NCBI GenBank assembly: GCA_016432525.1
Contig: CP066693.1
Coordinates: 721,639 to 785,638 of the forward strand
DNA length: 64,000 nucleotides
DNA from: Candidatus Woesebacteria bacterium
GTDB lineage: Bacteria; Patescibacteriota; Microgenomatia; UBA8517
Direction of reading: 5' to 3'
This document shows, piece by piece, positions 50,677 to 60,820 of the stretch (the stretch's first letter is position 1; every line of letters begins with the position of its first letter). Under the pieces are notes generated by a model. The model ran no database searches and was not told the origin of the DNA. It worked only from the letters and a program-made list of their open reading frames with translations. The position numbers and the translations under genes are program-made.

Positions 50677-51132
50677 TTAAAATGGAATATCATCCATGCT
50701 TACATCATCACTCCCGACTGCTTCAGTTGTACTTTCTTCAGTTTTTGTTTCTTTTACTTCAGGTTGAGCTTGAGTCTGCGTCTCAGAAGAAGACACTGCT
50801 CTAGAATCTAAAAATATAATATCTGAAACAACTATCTCAGTAGTTGTGTGTTTAGTTCCATCTTGAGCTTGCCAATTTCTGGTTTGAAGCCTACCCTCAG
50901 CATAAACTTTGCGTCCTTTTGCGAGATTTTGAGAAACAATTTCAGCCAATTTATCCCAAACTACAATTTTGTGAAATTCAGCTTCTTCTTTGGCTTCTCC
51001 TGATTCTGTTTTCCATTGTCTATTGGTTGCAATTCCAAAAGTGGCAACAGCAGTTCCTTGAGGAGTATACCTTAGCTCAGGATCTCGCGTGAGGTTTCCA
51101 ATTAAAATTACTTTGTTTAAACTTCTTGCCAT
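50677..51132 (-). CDS. ssb: Single-stranded DNA-binding protein
   Basis: OB fold N-terminus, acidic C-terminal tip DDIPF. Confidence 0.9.
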   Translation of the reverse strand: MARSLNKVILIGNLTRDPELRYTPQGTAVATFGIATNRQWKTESGEAKEEAEFHKIVVWDKLAEIVSQNLAKGRKVYAEGRLQTRNWQAQDGTKHTTTEIVVSDIIFLDSRAVSSSETQTQAQPEVKETKTEESTTEAVGSDDVSMDDIPF

Positions 51133-51135
51133 TTT

Positions 51136-51417
51136 TTAAACCTTTACCAATAAATATCTAATTATTTCATCTTCCATTTTCATCCTTTGAGGAAGAGCCT
51201 TTACTGATTCTCCCGCAAATTCTATAGGAAAAAACAGAAAAACTCCAGTTTCAGATTTTTTTATCTTATAAAAAAGATCTCGTTTTCCCCAATCTTCTGC
51301 TTTTCCCGTTTTTCCCCCTAAAATTTTAACTAATTTTTCAATTTTCTCTGTAATTGACTTTTTCTTTGCAGCAGTAGCTTTCCCATCAATTACAACAGTT
51401 AATTCGTATTTATTCAT
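51136..51417 (-). CDS. rpsF: 30S ribosomal protein S6
   Basis: MNKYELTVVID. Heads an rpsF-ssb-rpsR operon. Start at the internal Met of the track ORF. Confidence 0.85.
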   Translation of the reverse strand: MNKYELTVVIDGKATAAKKKSITEKIEKLVKILGGKTGKAEDWGKRDLFYKIKKSETGVFLFFPIEFAGESVKALPQRMKMEDEIIRYLLVKV

Positions 51418-51510
51418 AAGATGGACTAGTATATCATGCTCAAACATCTATCTCAAGAAAGGTGCTATAATCTTTATATTCTAGCCCTTTGAAAGCCAGA
51501 GGAGGGTAAG

Positions 51511-51765
51511 GTGGCAAAGATAATAGCTCGTAGAATAGCGTATGCTGCCAGGGTTTTTCTCAAAACAAGTGCTAACAATTGGGATCCAATCTCAATGAAT
51601 CCAATCGGTGACGATTCCTACGAGGCCAAAGCACTAATTCACAATGGGGATCAATACGGATTCTTGATAATCTTCAACGGAGGTATGCAAAAATGGGTTA
51701 GAGATTTTTCTAATCCTAATTTTGTTCCAAGTGGAGTAGGTAATGGATACAACTCGATATTTTAA
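51511..51765 (+). CDS. Hypothetical small protein
   Basis: 84-aa ORF, no motif recognised. Confidence 0.3.
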   Translation: MAKIIARRIAYAARVFLKTSANNWDPISMNPIGDDSYEAKALIHNGDQYGFLIIFNGGMQKWVRDFSNPNFVPSGVGNGYNSIF

Positions 51766-51892
51766 AACTGACTAAAAGCTGCAAAGCAAAAGGTTCAAAG
51801 CCTAAACTTTGCAGCATTTTTTTGACTTAAAATGATATAATTTTATATAGTAAATCAATAGTCTGTACGTTAACAAAAGTACACGAAAGGTC

Positions 51893-52264
51893 TTGAAAAT
51901 GACAAATCAGAACGAACCTAACAAGTCAAGCCCAACTTGGGAACGCATTGCCATGTTAGCTACATACGTATGTCCATATATCTTTGCCCTAGCTACTTCT
52001 ATCGGTATTGTCTATTACAAAACAAACATTTCAACTGATCCAATTAAAGAAATAGGAAAAATCGCATTTGTGATAGTAATATCGGTACCAGTTTACATTC
52101 CATCGTTTATCATTATGGCGATGATCGTCACTGATGAACAACAAAAAACTGAAAGTGGCCCCGCCTATGTAGCAGCAACTTATGTTGCACTTACGCTCTT
52201 GGCAATTGTTGTCGTTGGAGCATTAACCTGGTTTATAAGAAATACTGTAGTAACAGGATTGTAA
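51893..52264 (+). CDS. Hypothetical membrane protein
   Basis: 123 aa, 3 TM. Confidence 0.3.
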   Translation: MKMTNQNEPNKSSPTWERIAMLATYVCPYIFALATSIGIVYYKTNISTDPIKEIGKIAFVIVISVPVYIPSFIIMAMIVTDEQQKTESGPAYVAATYVALTLLAIVVVGALTWFIRNTVVTGL

Positions 52265-52275
52265 AGGAGTTAAAG

Positions 52276-52548
52276 ATGAAAGGTGATATTGAGGAAATAG
52301 TAAGAACGGAGAAAAACAGAAAAATCTACGAGGAATACACCCTTGAACAATTTGATAAAGCAAACTCAACATCAAGCTACATTGAAGATCAACCCAAACC
52401 ACCGGCACTACTACGTTCAAAAAAGAAAACTACATTGCTTGACTCTGTACCGTGGAGTGCAATTGGAGACGTGTTCGGCGTTTTGCTTCTGATCGTTGCA
52501 AGTCTTGGAGGAGGCTATCTTTTACTCAAGCTAATATTCAAGTTTTAA
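52276..52548 (+). CDS. Hypothetical protein with C-terminal TM anchor
   Basis: 90 aa. 11 nt downstream of the previous ORF, probably co-transcribed. Confidence 0.3.
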   Translation: MKGDIEEIVRTEKNRKIYEEYTLEQFDKANSTSSYIEDQPKPPALLRSKKKTTLLDSVPWSAIGDVFGVLLLIVASLGGGYLLLKLIFKF

Positions 52549-52604
52549 GCAGACAAAATCCTCGAGGAGTACCAAAAAAATGAAAGGTACTCCTTGAGAA
52601 GTTA

Positions 52605-53633
52605 TTAACTTCCAATTTTAAATTCCACCACATCCCCATCTTTCATAATATAATCTCTTCCTTCCGATCTCACTTTCCCTTTCTCTCGACAATTTTTCCA
52701 CCCGCCATTTTCTATAAAATCATTGAAATCAACTACATCGGCCTTAATGAATTTTTTAATAAAATCAGTATGAATTACTCCAGCAGCATTTTGGGCATCC
52801 GTGTCCTTTTTTATTGTCCAAGCCCGAACCTCTTTAACTCCAGCTGTCAAAAAAGTAATAAGTCCTAAAGTTTCAAAGGCTTTTTTAGTTAGTCTCTCAA
52901 TCCCCGACTCTTTTATTCCCAAATCTTCTAAATATTTTTCCTGGTCAGCATCTGCTAAATCAGACAACTCAGATTCAATTTTTGCAGAAATTGCAATTAC
53001 TTGATGTACATGAACTCCCAACTTTTGGGCATACTCAATCTCAAGCTTGTTTGCGTTAACTAAATCTCCCTCGTCAACATTCAATACAACTAAATAAGGT
53101 TTCTTTGAAAAAAGAGGTAACTCTTCCTCGTTTTGTTTTTCTTTTTTCTTTTTTTTGTGCTTTTCAGTCATCTCCAAATCAGCAAGATCCAGTTCGGTTT
53201 TTAGAATTTCAAAATCAGATTTGGCCTGCCCACCTACATGCGAAGCTTGCGGCGTGGTGTCAGTTACTCTAATTACATCTTTATCTTTAAATAATCGAAG
53301 GCAAAAACAAATTGCATCCGTCTCACGAATATGGCTTAAAAATTTATTCCCCAGCCCTTCTCCTTTTGAAGCCCCTGCAATCAAACCTGCAATATCTACA
53401 AACTCAACCGTTGCATTAACAACGGGAGGAAGGTCAGTCATTTTCTCAGATTCTTTTGTAACCTCGGCAAGCTGATTTAATCTTCCATCAGGTACTGGCA
53501 CGACTCCAACATTTGGCTCAATTGTTGCAAAAGGAAAATTTGCAGCATAGGCTATCTGTCGCTTTAAAAGAGCATTAAAAAGTGTGGACTTTCCCACATT
53601 TGGAAGGCCTACTATCCCAATCTTCAGTCCCAT
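52605..53633 (-). CDS. ychF: Ribosome-binding ATPase YchF (Obg-family)
   Basis: N-terminus MGLKIGIVGLPNVGKST. C-terminal TGS domain. Confidence 0.9.
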   Translation of the reverse strand: MGLKIGIVGLPNVGKSTLFNALLKRQIAYAANFPFATIEPNVGVVPVPDGRLNQLAEVTKESEKMTDLPPVVNATVEFVDIAGLIAGASKGEGLGNKFLSHIRETDAICFCLRLFKDKDVIRVTDTTPQASHVGGQAKSDFEILKTELDLADLEMTEKHKKKKKEKQNEEELPLFSKKPYLVVLNVDEGDLVNANKLEIEYAQKLGVHVHQVIAISAKIESELSDLADADQEKYLEDLGIKESGIERLTKKAFETLGLITFLTAGVKEVRAWTIKKDTDAQNAAGVIHTDFIKKFIKADVVDFNDFIENGGWKNCREKGKVRSEGRDYIMKDGDVVEFKIGS

Positions 53634-55194
53634 ACTCCAAGTATTGGGTTAACGGTATGTTTATACATGATTCTACCAATCTTCCTTTCTTAATTTGTAT
53701 TTTACTAATTAAATCTCTAAATACCAACTTTTTGTCAGAATAGTCTTGTAAACTTAACACTTTGTTGGCTTTCTGATATAGCTCTTCCACTTCCTCGTTC
53801 GAGATACTACTTTTGATTGAGTTGGTATTATCTAACTCTTTTAATCTTTTGATTAAAACAACTTTCTTATCTTTGGTTTGTTTTATTAGTCCTCTAAGTT
53901 GATCTACATCAATTAAACCTTCTGCGTTCATTTGGGCATATTTCATTTCTTGATTATTTAGATTTAGCAACTTTTCTTTAGTTTCCAATTTTTCATTTTC
54001 TAAAGAAAGATTAACGCTTGATCTGGATTCGGCATATTCTCTAATTTTTCCTTTAATATAACTAGGGTTGGAAATTGTATCTTTAATATTTCTCCACCAT
54101 AAGCCTTCAAGAACATAAACATTGACTCCATCGCAATCACAGGTTCGTAGATCTCTCGGTCGAGCTTTATCACTGCTTCTATAATACCTTTGGGTACCCT
54201 GCGCTCCGTCCCCTACCATTGGGAAGTTGTGGTCACAAAATAATTTTCCTGTAAGTAAATAGTCGTACTTTCTATTTTTACGAGCGAATCTCTTATTCAG
54301 CTTAAGAAGTTCGAGTGATTTATTGTATAAACTTTTATCTTTTATTAAAACTGGAACATCAAAAGGTAACCACTCTTCTCTTGGCCTAGCCTTTCTACTA
54401 TTCTTTTTAACCTTAAAATATTTCTTTACTTTTCTCTCACCCACTACAGCTTCACTTTTATTGTAATAAGCAATTCCAGTAAAATAGGTTTCGCATCTTA
54501 AAATTCTTTCAACTGGGCCTTTCGTCCAAAATCTGCTTTTGCCTTTTTTAGTTGGTATACCAAGATCACTTAATTTCCTTACGATTGAATTAATTGGCAT
54601 TCTTTCAATGACATGCCACCTGAATATTCTCTCAACAACATCTGCTTCTTCGTCATTTACAGTCCAGTGGGTTGGAACCGTTTCAGTTCGTTTAATGTAG
54701 TTGTATCCATATAATGCTTGACCACTAATTACTATCCCATTTTTAGCTTTATACAGCTTACCTCTTCTAAATCTATCTGCAATCTTTATCCTTTCATAGG
54801 CATGGAAACTTCCTAATATGTTTCTAATAAATCCTTGCTCTTCATTTTCAGGATTGATGTCGTGGAGTGATATTAACTTTATGCCAGATTCTTCAATTTC
54901 TTTAATAAGAATAAGTTGATTTGTAAAATCTCTCGATAAACGACCAAGATCATAAACATATATGCGGCTAAATGTTTTACTTTTGATAGCATCACGGAGT
55001 TCATCGAGTGCTGGACGAGCTAAAACAGAGCCAGTCCAGCCATTGTCAATAAATGTATTTGTTTCAGGCAACATGTACTCATCTGCAAGAATAGCTTTTT
55101 TAACTTCTTCAATTTGAGATTCGATTGTCGCTTCCTGTTCTTGTCTGCTCGTTGAAACTCTAACATACAAAGCTGCAGTTTTTGTTTCTATCAT
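53575..55194 (-). CDS. Large serine recombinase (integrase)
   Basis: 539 aa. Resolvase catalytic domain ALYVRVSTSRQ with the Ser nucleophile. Recombinase domain, zinc ribbon, coiled coil. 3' end overlaps the ychF start by 59 nt. Confidence 0.85.
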   Translation of the reverse strand: MIETKTAALYVRVSTSRQEQEATIESQIEEVKKAILADEYMLPETNTFIDNGWTGSVLARPALDELRDAIKSKTFSRIYVYDLGRLSRDFTNQLILIKEIEESGIKLISLHDINPENEEQGFIRNILGSFHAYERIKIADRFRRGKLYKAKNGIVISGQALYGYNYIKRTETVPTHWTVNDEEADVVERIFRWHVIERMPINSIVRKLSDLGIPTKKGKSRFWTKGPVERILRCETYFTGIAYYNKSEAVVGERKVKKYFKVKKNSRKARPREEWLPFDVPVLIKDKSLYNKSLELLKLNKRFARKNRKYDYLLTGKLFCDHNFPMVGDGAQGTQRYYRSSDKARPRDLRTCDCDGVNVYVLEGLWWRNIKDTISNPSYIKGKIREYAESRSSVNLSLENEKLETKEKLLNLNNQEMKYAQMNAEGLIDVDQLRGLIKQTKDKKVVLIKRLKELDNTNSIKSSISNEEVEELYQKANKVLSLQDYSDKKLVFRDLISKIQIKKGRLVESCINIPLTQYLEYGTEDWDSRPSKCGKVHTF

Positions 55195-55358
55195 TATTTC
55201 CCTTCAAATAACTTCTTCAACTTTGCTATATCAACTCTCCAACTATTTCCAAATTTGAAAGCTGGGATTTGGCCTTTTTTGATCATTCGATAAACAGTCA
55301 TTTTATTAACTTTTAGCTTTCTGGCTACTTCGTCTGGTGTTAAGTACTCGTCTTTCAT
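55194..55358 (-). CDS. Excisionase/AlpA-family HTH protein (recombination directionality factor candidate)
   Basis: 54 aa, LTPDEVARKLKVNKMTVYRMIKKGQIPAFKFGNSWRV. Stop overlaps the recombinase ATG (TAATG). Confidence 0.6.
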   Translation of the reverse strand: MKDEYLTPDEVARKLKVNKMTVYRMIKKGQIPAFKFGNSWRVDIAKLKKLFEGK

Positions 55359-55376
55359 ATACTACTTTTACTTACT

Positions 55377-55598
55377 CTAGTTTACTTTTTTTATTGTGTC
55401 AACCCTCTTTTTTTCTCTAATTTCCTTCAAAATTTTATCGAATAAATTGAAGTAAAAATTATTTACTTCTTTTAAATGGTCATCATTTTGTGCAAAATGT
55501 ATTGTGAAGGATAGAGGTCTGATTTTATTCATAGTTCCCTCTTCCCTAATTTGCCTTTCCTTGTAGTATGAAAGGTTATATCTTGACAGGATTGGCAA
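55377..55598 (-). CDS. Hypothetical small protein
   Basis: 73-aa ORF inside the element. Confidence 0.25.
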   Translation of the reverse strand: MPILSRYNLSYYKERQIREEGTMNKIRPLSFTIHFAQNDDHLKEVNNFYFNLFDKILKEIREKKRVDTIKKVN

Positions 55599-55682
55599 AA
55601 ACCTGATATTCCGAATTCTTTTACAGAAAGTTTATCTTTAAAAATAGTTATTTTTTTGTCGCACCAAGAACACACAGATTTT

Positions 55683-57797
55683 TTATTGTTCATTGGCATC
55701 CTTGGGTAGAAGTTCAGTTTGTTTTACTTTTGATTCCGCATTCCGTAATTCATATATACCATTGCGGTTTGCGGAATCATTTGTCGACTCGTTTTTTGCT
55801 AATGAGTAAATATGTGGCTTGGATTTAGTATGAATTACTTCGCCTTCGTTTGTAAGCTCTTTTAATGCAGACTCGACAAGCCTAATGCTACAAATACCAG
55901 ATGCTACAACCAATTCAATAATCTCTGATCTTTTATAATCTTTTTCTCCAAGAATTTGAAGAATATATTCCTTCGCTTCCTCAATTTTGAGTTTATCTGG
56001 TATTTTTTCTTCGTATAGAAATTGGATTTCTCCTTCACCTTGTCTTCTTATGCCAATGAATGGTTTAATCTTTTTCTCTGATTGTTTATTTTTAGTAACA
56101 GATATAACTACTTGGTCAGTGTCTTCCTCTGTTGTTTTTGTAAGAGAAATTACCGTGTCAACTGCTGCTTCCCAGTAATAGCTTCCAACCGCTTCTTCGG
56201 CTTGTCTCCGGCCAAACTTTCTTTCAAGAGCCTGTTCTTTCGACGGATGAATTAGAAATATAAAAGCTAAATTAGGATTACTCTCTCTTAATTCTTTGTA
56301 TTTATCAAAAACCAGTTTTGCATCTTTATCTGTATTGGAATCTTTGTTATGAGTATTTCTTAAAATATCAACAATTACTAATTCAATTTTTTCTTCTGAA
56401 ATTTTATTTTTTACACTTTCAAAGCTACCATTTTGTAGTTCGATAGAAAATGAAGGTAGATTTGAATGATAAATGAATAATGAATCATCAAAATTGAATA
56501 AATTTACTCGTTTCTGAAAATTGCGAGATGGATCGTCATTTGTAACGTATAGAACTCTACTTCTATGTGTTGGAATTTTGTCCCAAAGTGATATTCCTCT
56601 AGTGATACAACTCGCAAAATATAACGCCAACCAAGTTTTGAAAGATTCTCTTTTGGCAACAATTATTGCACTTCCACTACTTGGTATTAGCTCATCAACT
56701 ATCCAGTCAATATCTCCAAATTCTTGTTTTAGAAATTCAGGACCAGTTGGTATCTGAATTGGAACACTTGTAACTTTTTCATTAAGTCCATATCTTTTGG
56801 CTAGTTCCGAAGCTGCTAACGAGAAATTGCCTTTGTGCTTTAATAGTGAAAAAACAGCAAATGGTGTGTATGCTTTGTTTGGCTCAAAAGGAGAACCATT
56901 ACTGGTAAAATTATAGAAAATTCCTGGTGCAATGTGACCAAAAGTTGCTGAAATACCCTTTTCTTTACCAGGTCTCCTAAGAAAAATTGTGTTTGTATTT
57001 TTCTGTTCAAAAACAATCGTCCATCCATTCTGTTTCAAAATTTCTAATGCTTCATCTATTCCATTTTTGTTAAATAGATCCCCCGGACGCTCTCCGTCAA
57101 AATTATTTCCTGAAGATTTAAAATCTTCAGTTGCAATAGGAATAAGGTCGAGCGATCTGGCACATTGGAGTAGTACGTTTCGTTCTTCAGGTGTTATTTG
57201 GGATAAATTACACCAATCTCCCTGAATAAGTTTGTATCCAAGGGTAGGTGAAACTACAAATTGTCCACCAAGACCTCTTGTTTCAATAAAAGTTATTGAT
57301 CTAAGTTTCGGATCTTTTTGTAATTCTTCCTTAGTTGGAAGTCTACTGGCAAGTTTCTGATTTCCCTCTATTTCTTCACACTTCCAGGCTACATGGTATC
57401 CTTCGTGTTGGGTTGTCTCTATAAGAAGTCTGTCAACAAGCCCAGGGCAGATAACATTAACAAGTTTTTCCCAGCTTTCAATAATCTCTTTCGCTCCAAG
57501 ACTCCCATGATTGTCAAAGTCTAAACCTTCCTGATTTCGCAATCCTATACCCCATCTTTTGTTGAGAATACAATCTCTCAATTCTTCTTCTGTAAAGTTC
57601 TTCTTCTCCCAACCTGGAAAGCCAACTGGATATTTTAGTGTTGGATGATCAGGGATGACATCCAAACCGGCTTTTTTATAGGCAAGGGCTGCTTCAAAAA
57701 GTTTATTCATTTCTGCACCTCCTCGTACAGTCTTGATTTTACTGTCCGTATTTGTTGAAAGTATGTTTGAGGTTCTACTCTGATCTTCTTTTGCCAA
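55683..57797 (-). CDS. Replication protein: bifunctional primase-polymerase (Prim-Pol) fused to RecA-like AAA_25/DnaB-like helicase domain
   Basis: N-terminal GLDVIP...WGIGLRNQEGLDFDNH...HEGYHVAW (Prim-Pol). C-terminal Walker A-like region IPSSGSAIIVAKRESFKTWLALYFA. Likely true start at 57710. Confidence 0.75.
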   Translation of the reverse strand: MAKEDQSRTSNILSTNTDSKIKTVRGGAEMNKLFEAALAYKKAGLDVIPDHPTLKYPVGFPGWEKKNFTEEELRDCILNKRWGIGLRNQEGLDFDNHGSLGAKEIIESWEKLVNVICPGLVDRLLIETTQHEGYHVAWKCEEIEGNQKLASRLPTKEELQKDPKLRSITFIETRGLGGQFVVSPTLGYKLIQGDWCNLSQITPEERNVLLQCARSLDLIPIATEDFKSSGNNFDGERPGDLFNKNGIDEALEILKQNGWTIVFEQKNTNTIFLRRPGKEKGISATFGHIAPGIFYNFTSNGSPFEPNKAYTPFAVFSLLKHKGNFSLAASELAKRYGLNEKVTSVPIQIPTGPEFLKQEFGDIDWIVDELIPSSGSAIIVAKRESFKTWLALYFASCITRGISLWDKIPTHRSRVLYVTNDDPSRNFQKRVNLFNFDDSLFIYHSNLPSFSIELQNGSFESVKNKISEEKIELVIVDILRNTHNKDSNTDKDAKLVFDKYKELRESNPNLAFIFLIHPSKEQALERKFGRRQAEEAVGSYYWEAAVDTVISLTKTTEEDTDQVVISVTKNKQSEKKIKPFIGIRRQGEGEIQFLYEEKIPDKLKIEEAKEYILQILGEKDYKRSEIIELVVASGICSIRLVESALKELTNEGEVIHTKSKPHIYSLAKNESTNDSANRNGIYELRNAESKVKQTELLPKDANEQ

Positions 57798-57958
57798 TAA
57801 TTTGTAATTAATTTATCAAGTTCGGAATCTCTTTTGAATATAAAAAGTGATTTATGAAGGTCAATTTTATTTATAGTCTCAATGGGCAAATATAAAGATA
57901 GTGTTACCGCTAAAGCAAGGTCAGAAGTTGTGTAATATTTCTCTTGGTTGATACTCAT
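57707..57958 (-). CDS. Hypothetical small protein upstream of the replication gene
   Basis: 83-aa ORF. Stop abuts the alternative primase start. Confidence 0.25.
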   Translation of the reverse strand: MSINQEKYYTTSDLALAVTLSLYLPIETINKIDLHKSLFIFKRDSELDKLITNYWQKKIRVEPQTYFQQIRTVKSRLYEEVQK

Positions 57959-58077
57959 ATACCGATTATTGGATAAACAAAGTAAGTAGTCACCTTACCA
58001 AGGTAAGCTTTTTGAGGCTGAAGTTGTGCTAATTTATTTTAAAGGTAATATCGGAGTAAGAAAAACAAACTTGGTTG

Positions 58078-58884
58078 TTATCTAATATTATTTGGTTGAG
58101 TCAGAAATTTTAATCTATAGCAAGAAGCTGTGTTGAAACCATATCCTTCATGTACTATCACCCAACGAGTCGTCTTTATTATTTTTATGTTAACTGTGTG
58201 TTTTAATTGCTTAAGGGCTTCTCTTGAACCCAATCCTTTTAATTCAGCAATTTTATGTGGGTTAAGATCAAATAAAATAGTTAGTAAATTAAGCTCTTTT
58301 GCTCCCAATCTTACTATAGATTTTATTCTTGTTAACTCTTTTCCTAATTCTCTTTTAGTCCATCTTTTGCCTGATTGAAATTGGATATTCCCATTACTTT
58401 TTTGCTCTTTAATCAGCCTATCTCTATATTCTTTTAGTTTACTTAGATTAATTTTATGGAAAATCATACTAGAGCCTAAAGGAGTAGCTGGACTTCTATT
58501 AAAATTCTCAAAACAGCCTTCATTTTTAAGTTTGAATAAAAACGCTTCCAATAAATCACGTACTTTAATATGATCTTCAAAGTTAAAGAAATAGTAAGGA
58601 ATACTAAACGAGGTGGGATCATTACCGTTTCCAAGATAAATCGGGCTATCTTTCGCTTCTCTGTGTTCAATAATTAGATTTATAGCATGAAGGTATTTGT
58701 CTTCTTTACTGGCTTGTATTCTGGCATTCTTTGCATCTTCCCTCCGTCTTCTTTCCTCCAAGTCTTGTCTGTGCTCACTTACCCATGTTTCTCTAGCAAG
58801 TCTTTCAAATTCTTCAGTTTTATCAGGAAGAGTTTGTGGATAATAAGCCTGTTTGACTGTAAACCGATTTGTGATCTTGCTCAT
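58078..58884 (-). CDS. Hypothetical protein (element-encoded)
   Basis: 268 aa, charged N-terminus, no recognisable domain. Confidence 0.35.
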   Translation of the reverse strand: MSKITNRFTVKQAYYPQTLPDKTEEFERLARETWVSEHRQDLEERRRREDAKNARIQASKEDKYLHAINLIIEHREAKDSPIYLGNGNDPTSFSIPYYFFNFEDHIKVRDLLEAFLFKLKNEGCFENFNRSPATPLGSSMIFHKINLSKLKEYRDRLIKEQKSNGNIQFQSGKRWTKRELGKELTRIKSIVRLGAKELNLLTILFDLNPHKIAELKGLGSREALKQLKHTVNIKIIKTTRWVIVHEGYGFNTASCYRLKFLTQPNNIR

Positions 58885-58927
58885 TTTAATTTTAATAATG
58901 AGCTGATTATATCAGGAAGAGAGAACG

Positions 58928-59140
58928 CTAAATCAATTCTTTTGGTGAAACTTTTAAGGCTTTCGCTATTTTTACTACTGTATCGGTTGAAGGATTTCTT
59001 TCACCACGTTCAATATATCCTATATAAGCTCTATTTAATCCAGCATCTAAAGCTAATTGTTCTTGTGTAATTTCTTTTCTTTCCCGTATTTTTCGAATGT
59101 TTTTTCCTATCTTTTTAGAAACTGTTGTTACTTTTATCAC
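58928..59140 (-). CDS. XRE-family (Cro/CI-type) HTH transcriptional regulator
   Basis: ITQEQLALDAGLNRAYIGYIERGERNPS. Confidence 0.8.
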   Translation of the reverse strand: MIKVTTVSKKIGKNIRKIRERKEITQEQLALDAGLNRAYIGYIERGERNPSTDTVVKIAKALKVSPKELI

Positions 59141-59203
59141 ACATACAGTTTCTCTAGATCTTTACTAGCAGTCGACTTACTAGTAGTATATATTAAGGTT
59201 TAA

Positions 59204-59446
59204 ATGGATAATATTTTACAAAAAACTATATCTGGAGCAATAGTAGGAATACTCCTATATTTGTGTTGGTATGTTTTACCCCAAATTAAAAAGCGTTGGA
59301 TATTCAAGTTAGAAACTAAACTTAAGCAAAAAGGATTGGAAACACGATATAAAAAACTTCACAAAATTATCAAAACGATTTTGTATATGATTTTAGTGCT
59401 AATGATTATTACTCCAATCATTTTTTTAATTTTTCTAATGTTTTAG
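59204..59446 (+). CDS. Small membrane protein
   Basis: 80 aa, 2 TM. Divergent from the XRE gene. Confidence 0.3.
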   Translation: MDNILQKTISGAIVGILLYLCWYVLPQIKKRWIFKLETKLKQKGLETRYKKLHKIIKTILYMILVLMIITPIIFLIFLMF

Positions 59447-59456
59447 AACATCAATC

Positions 59457-59684
59457 ATGATTAAAATAATATATAAACAAATAATATTGATCTTTTTACT
59501 ACTTCTTCTGGTAGCAATTATTTTTGTGTGGCCTATGTTTGCTAGGAACAATTGTATGAATTTAGTTCAACATGAAATAGATGCTCCCGGTACAGTTGCG
59601 ATAAGCCGATTGAATACCGATTACCGTCTATGTTTAGCTAAACACGGAGTTAAGCCAGAAGCTCTTTTCTCGTCTACACCCTAG
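59457..59684 (+). CDS. Small membrane/secreted protein
   Basis: 75 aa, N-terminal TM. Confidence 0.3.
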   Translation: MIKIIYKQIILIFLLLLLVAIIFVWPMFARNNCMNLVQHEIDAPGTVAISRLNTDYRLCLAKHGVKPEALFSSTP

Positions 59685-59687
59685 CAA

Positions 59688-60104
59688 TTACTGACCAGCA
59701 ATAGGTAATATAGTTCTAATGTGTTCAATCACAGCATGTAATTCAGCATGAACTCCGATATCTATATTGTCTGTTTGAGCGTATTTATTCCTTAATTTGT
59801 AATACATATCAATTGCTCTCGCTTTTACAGACAAATCTGCACTTTGATTAACTAAAAACCAATGTTGAGCTGCCACATTTTCATCATTTAATCCTGATTT
59901 TTCTAGTAAAGAGTTTATATAGGCCAAAATGTGAGGTTTTGTAAGGTTCTCTGAGGCTAGACTTTTGGCCAAGATTCTGTCTGGATGACCATCTTTCTTG
60001 TTTATCCTATACCCTGCCCTTAGAATTGACTCTGTGCCGTTACCTAATGTTTCTATGTAGTGTTGACAGAACAGTTTTTGTTTAATTGTTAACTTGTTTT
60101 TCAT
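59688..60104 (-). CDS. Phage terminase small subunit (Terminase_2-like)
   Basis: LTIKQKLFCQHYIETLGNGTESILRAGY matches the TerS N-terminal HTH region. Confidence 0.7.
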   Translation of the reverse strand: MKNKLTIKQKLFCQHYIETLGNGTESILRAGYRINKKDGHPDRILAKSLASENLTKPHILAYINSLLEKSGLNDENVAAQHWFLVNQSADLSVKARAIDMYYKLRNKYAQTDNIDIGVHAELHAVIEHIRTILPIAGQ

Positions 60105-60167
60105 ATTTTTATTCTAACCTATAGATCAATTATTTGCACATAAAATATCTGATAGAATGGTCTAAAT

Positions 60168-60746
60168 ATGACGATTAGCAAAAGAATGTTTATTGCCCTA
60201 ATTTTATTTGTTATTGCCAGTACAATTGCTTACAAATTAAGAATACAAAACTCAATTGTGAAATCAGAACCAAAAACTGAATTGCTAAATTTTACTCCAA
60301 CTGATTTGCCTGAAAAGAAAGTATTTGGAAGTTGTTGGGTTAATTCATTAGCTTCATCTAATCCAAAAGCATGGAGATGTACAGTTGATCATGGCATTTA
60401 CGATCCATGTTTTGATATCGAAGGAATTGTTGTTGTTTGTGGTGTAAAACCAGGAAGTGAAAATAAAGATAGTTTTATAATTAACCTAACGAAACCATTG
60501 CCTACAAACGAACAAAATAACGACTGGCACCCTTGGATCATGGAACTTTCAAATGGTCTCAGGTGTACCAAAATCACTTGGGCTGCTGATTCTCTTGATG
60601 GAGAATATTATTTCTATATATGTGATAAAGATGAAGCTGTTGTACTGGGAAATATAGATACATCAAATCCTCTTTGGGAAGTAAAAGTTGGTTATCGCGG
60701 CACAACAAAAACGGATCAGTATGATGTAATAAAAGCTTGGAGATAA
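60168..60746 (+). CDS. Secreted Cys-containing hypothetical protein
   Basis: Signal peptide or TM then 8 Cys. No homology recognised. Confidence 0.4.
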   Translation: MTISKRMFIALILFVIASTIAYKLRIQNSIVKSEPKTELLNFTPTDLPEKKVFGSCWVNSLASSNPKAWRCTVDHGIYDPCFDIEGIVVVCGVKPGSENKDSFIINLTKPLPTNEQNNDWHPWIMELSNGLRCTKITWAADSLDGEYYFYICDKDEAVVLGNIDTSNPLWEVKVGYRGTTKTDQYDVIKAWR

Positions 60747-60820
60747 AAACACCTAACTAAATACAAGTAAATAAATAATTTATTTTGATATTTAATTTAT
60801 ATACTAAGCTTAACAATTTA

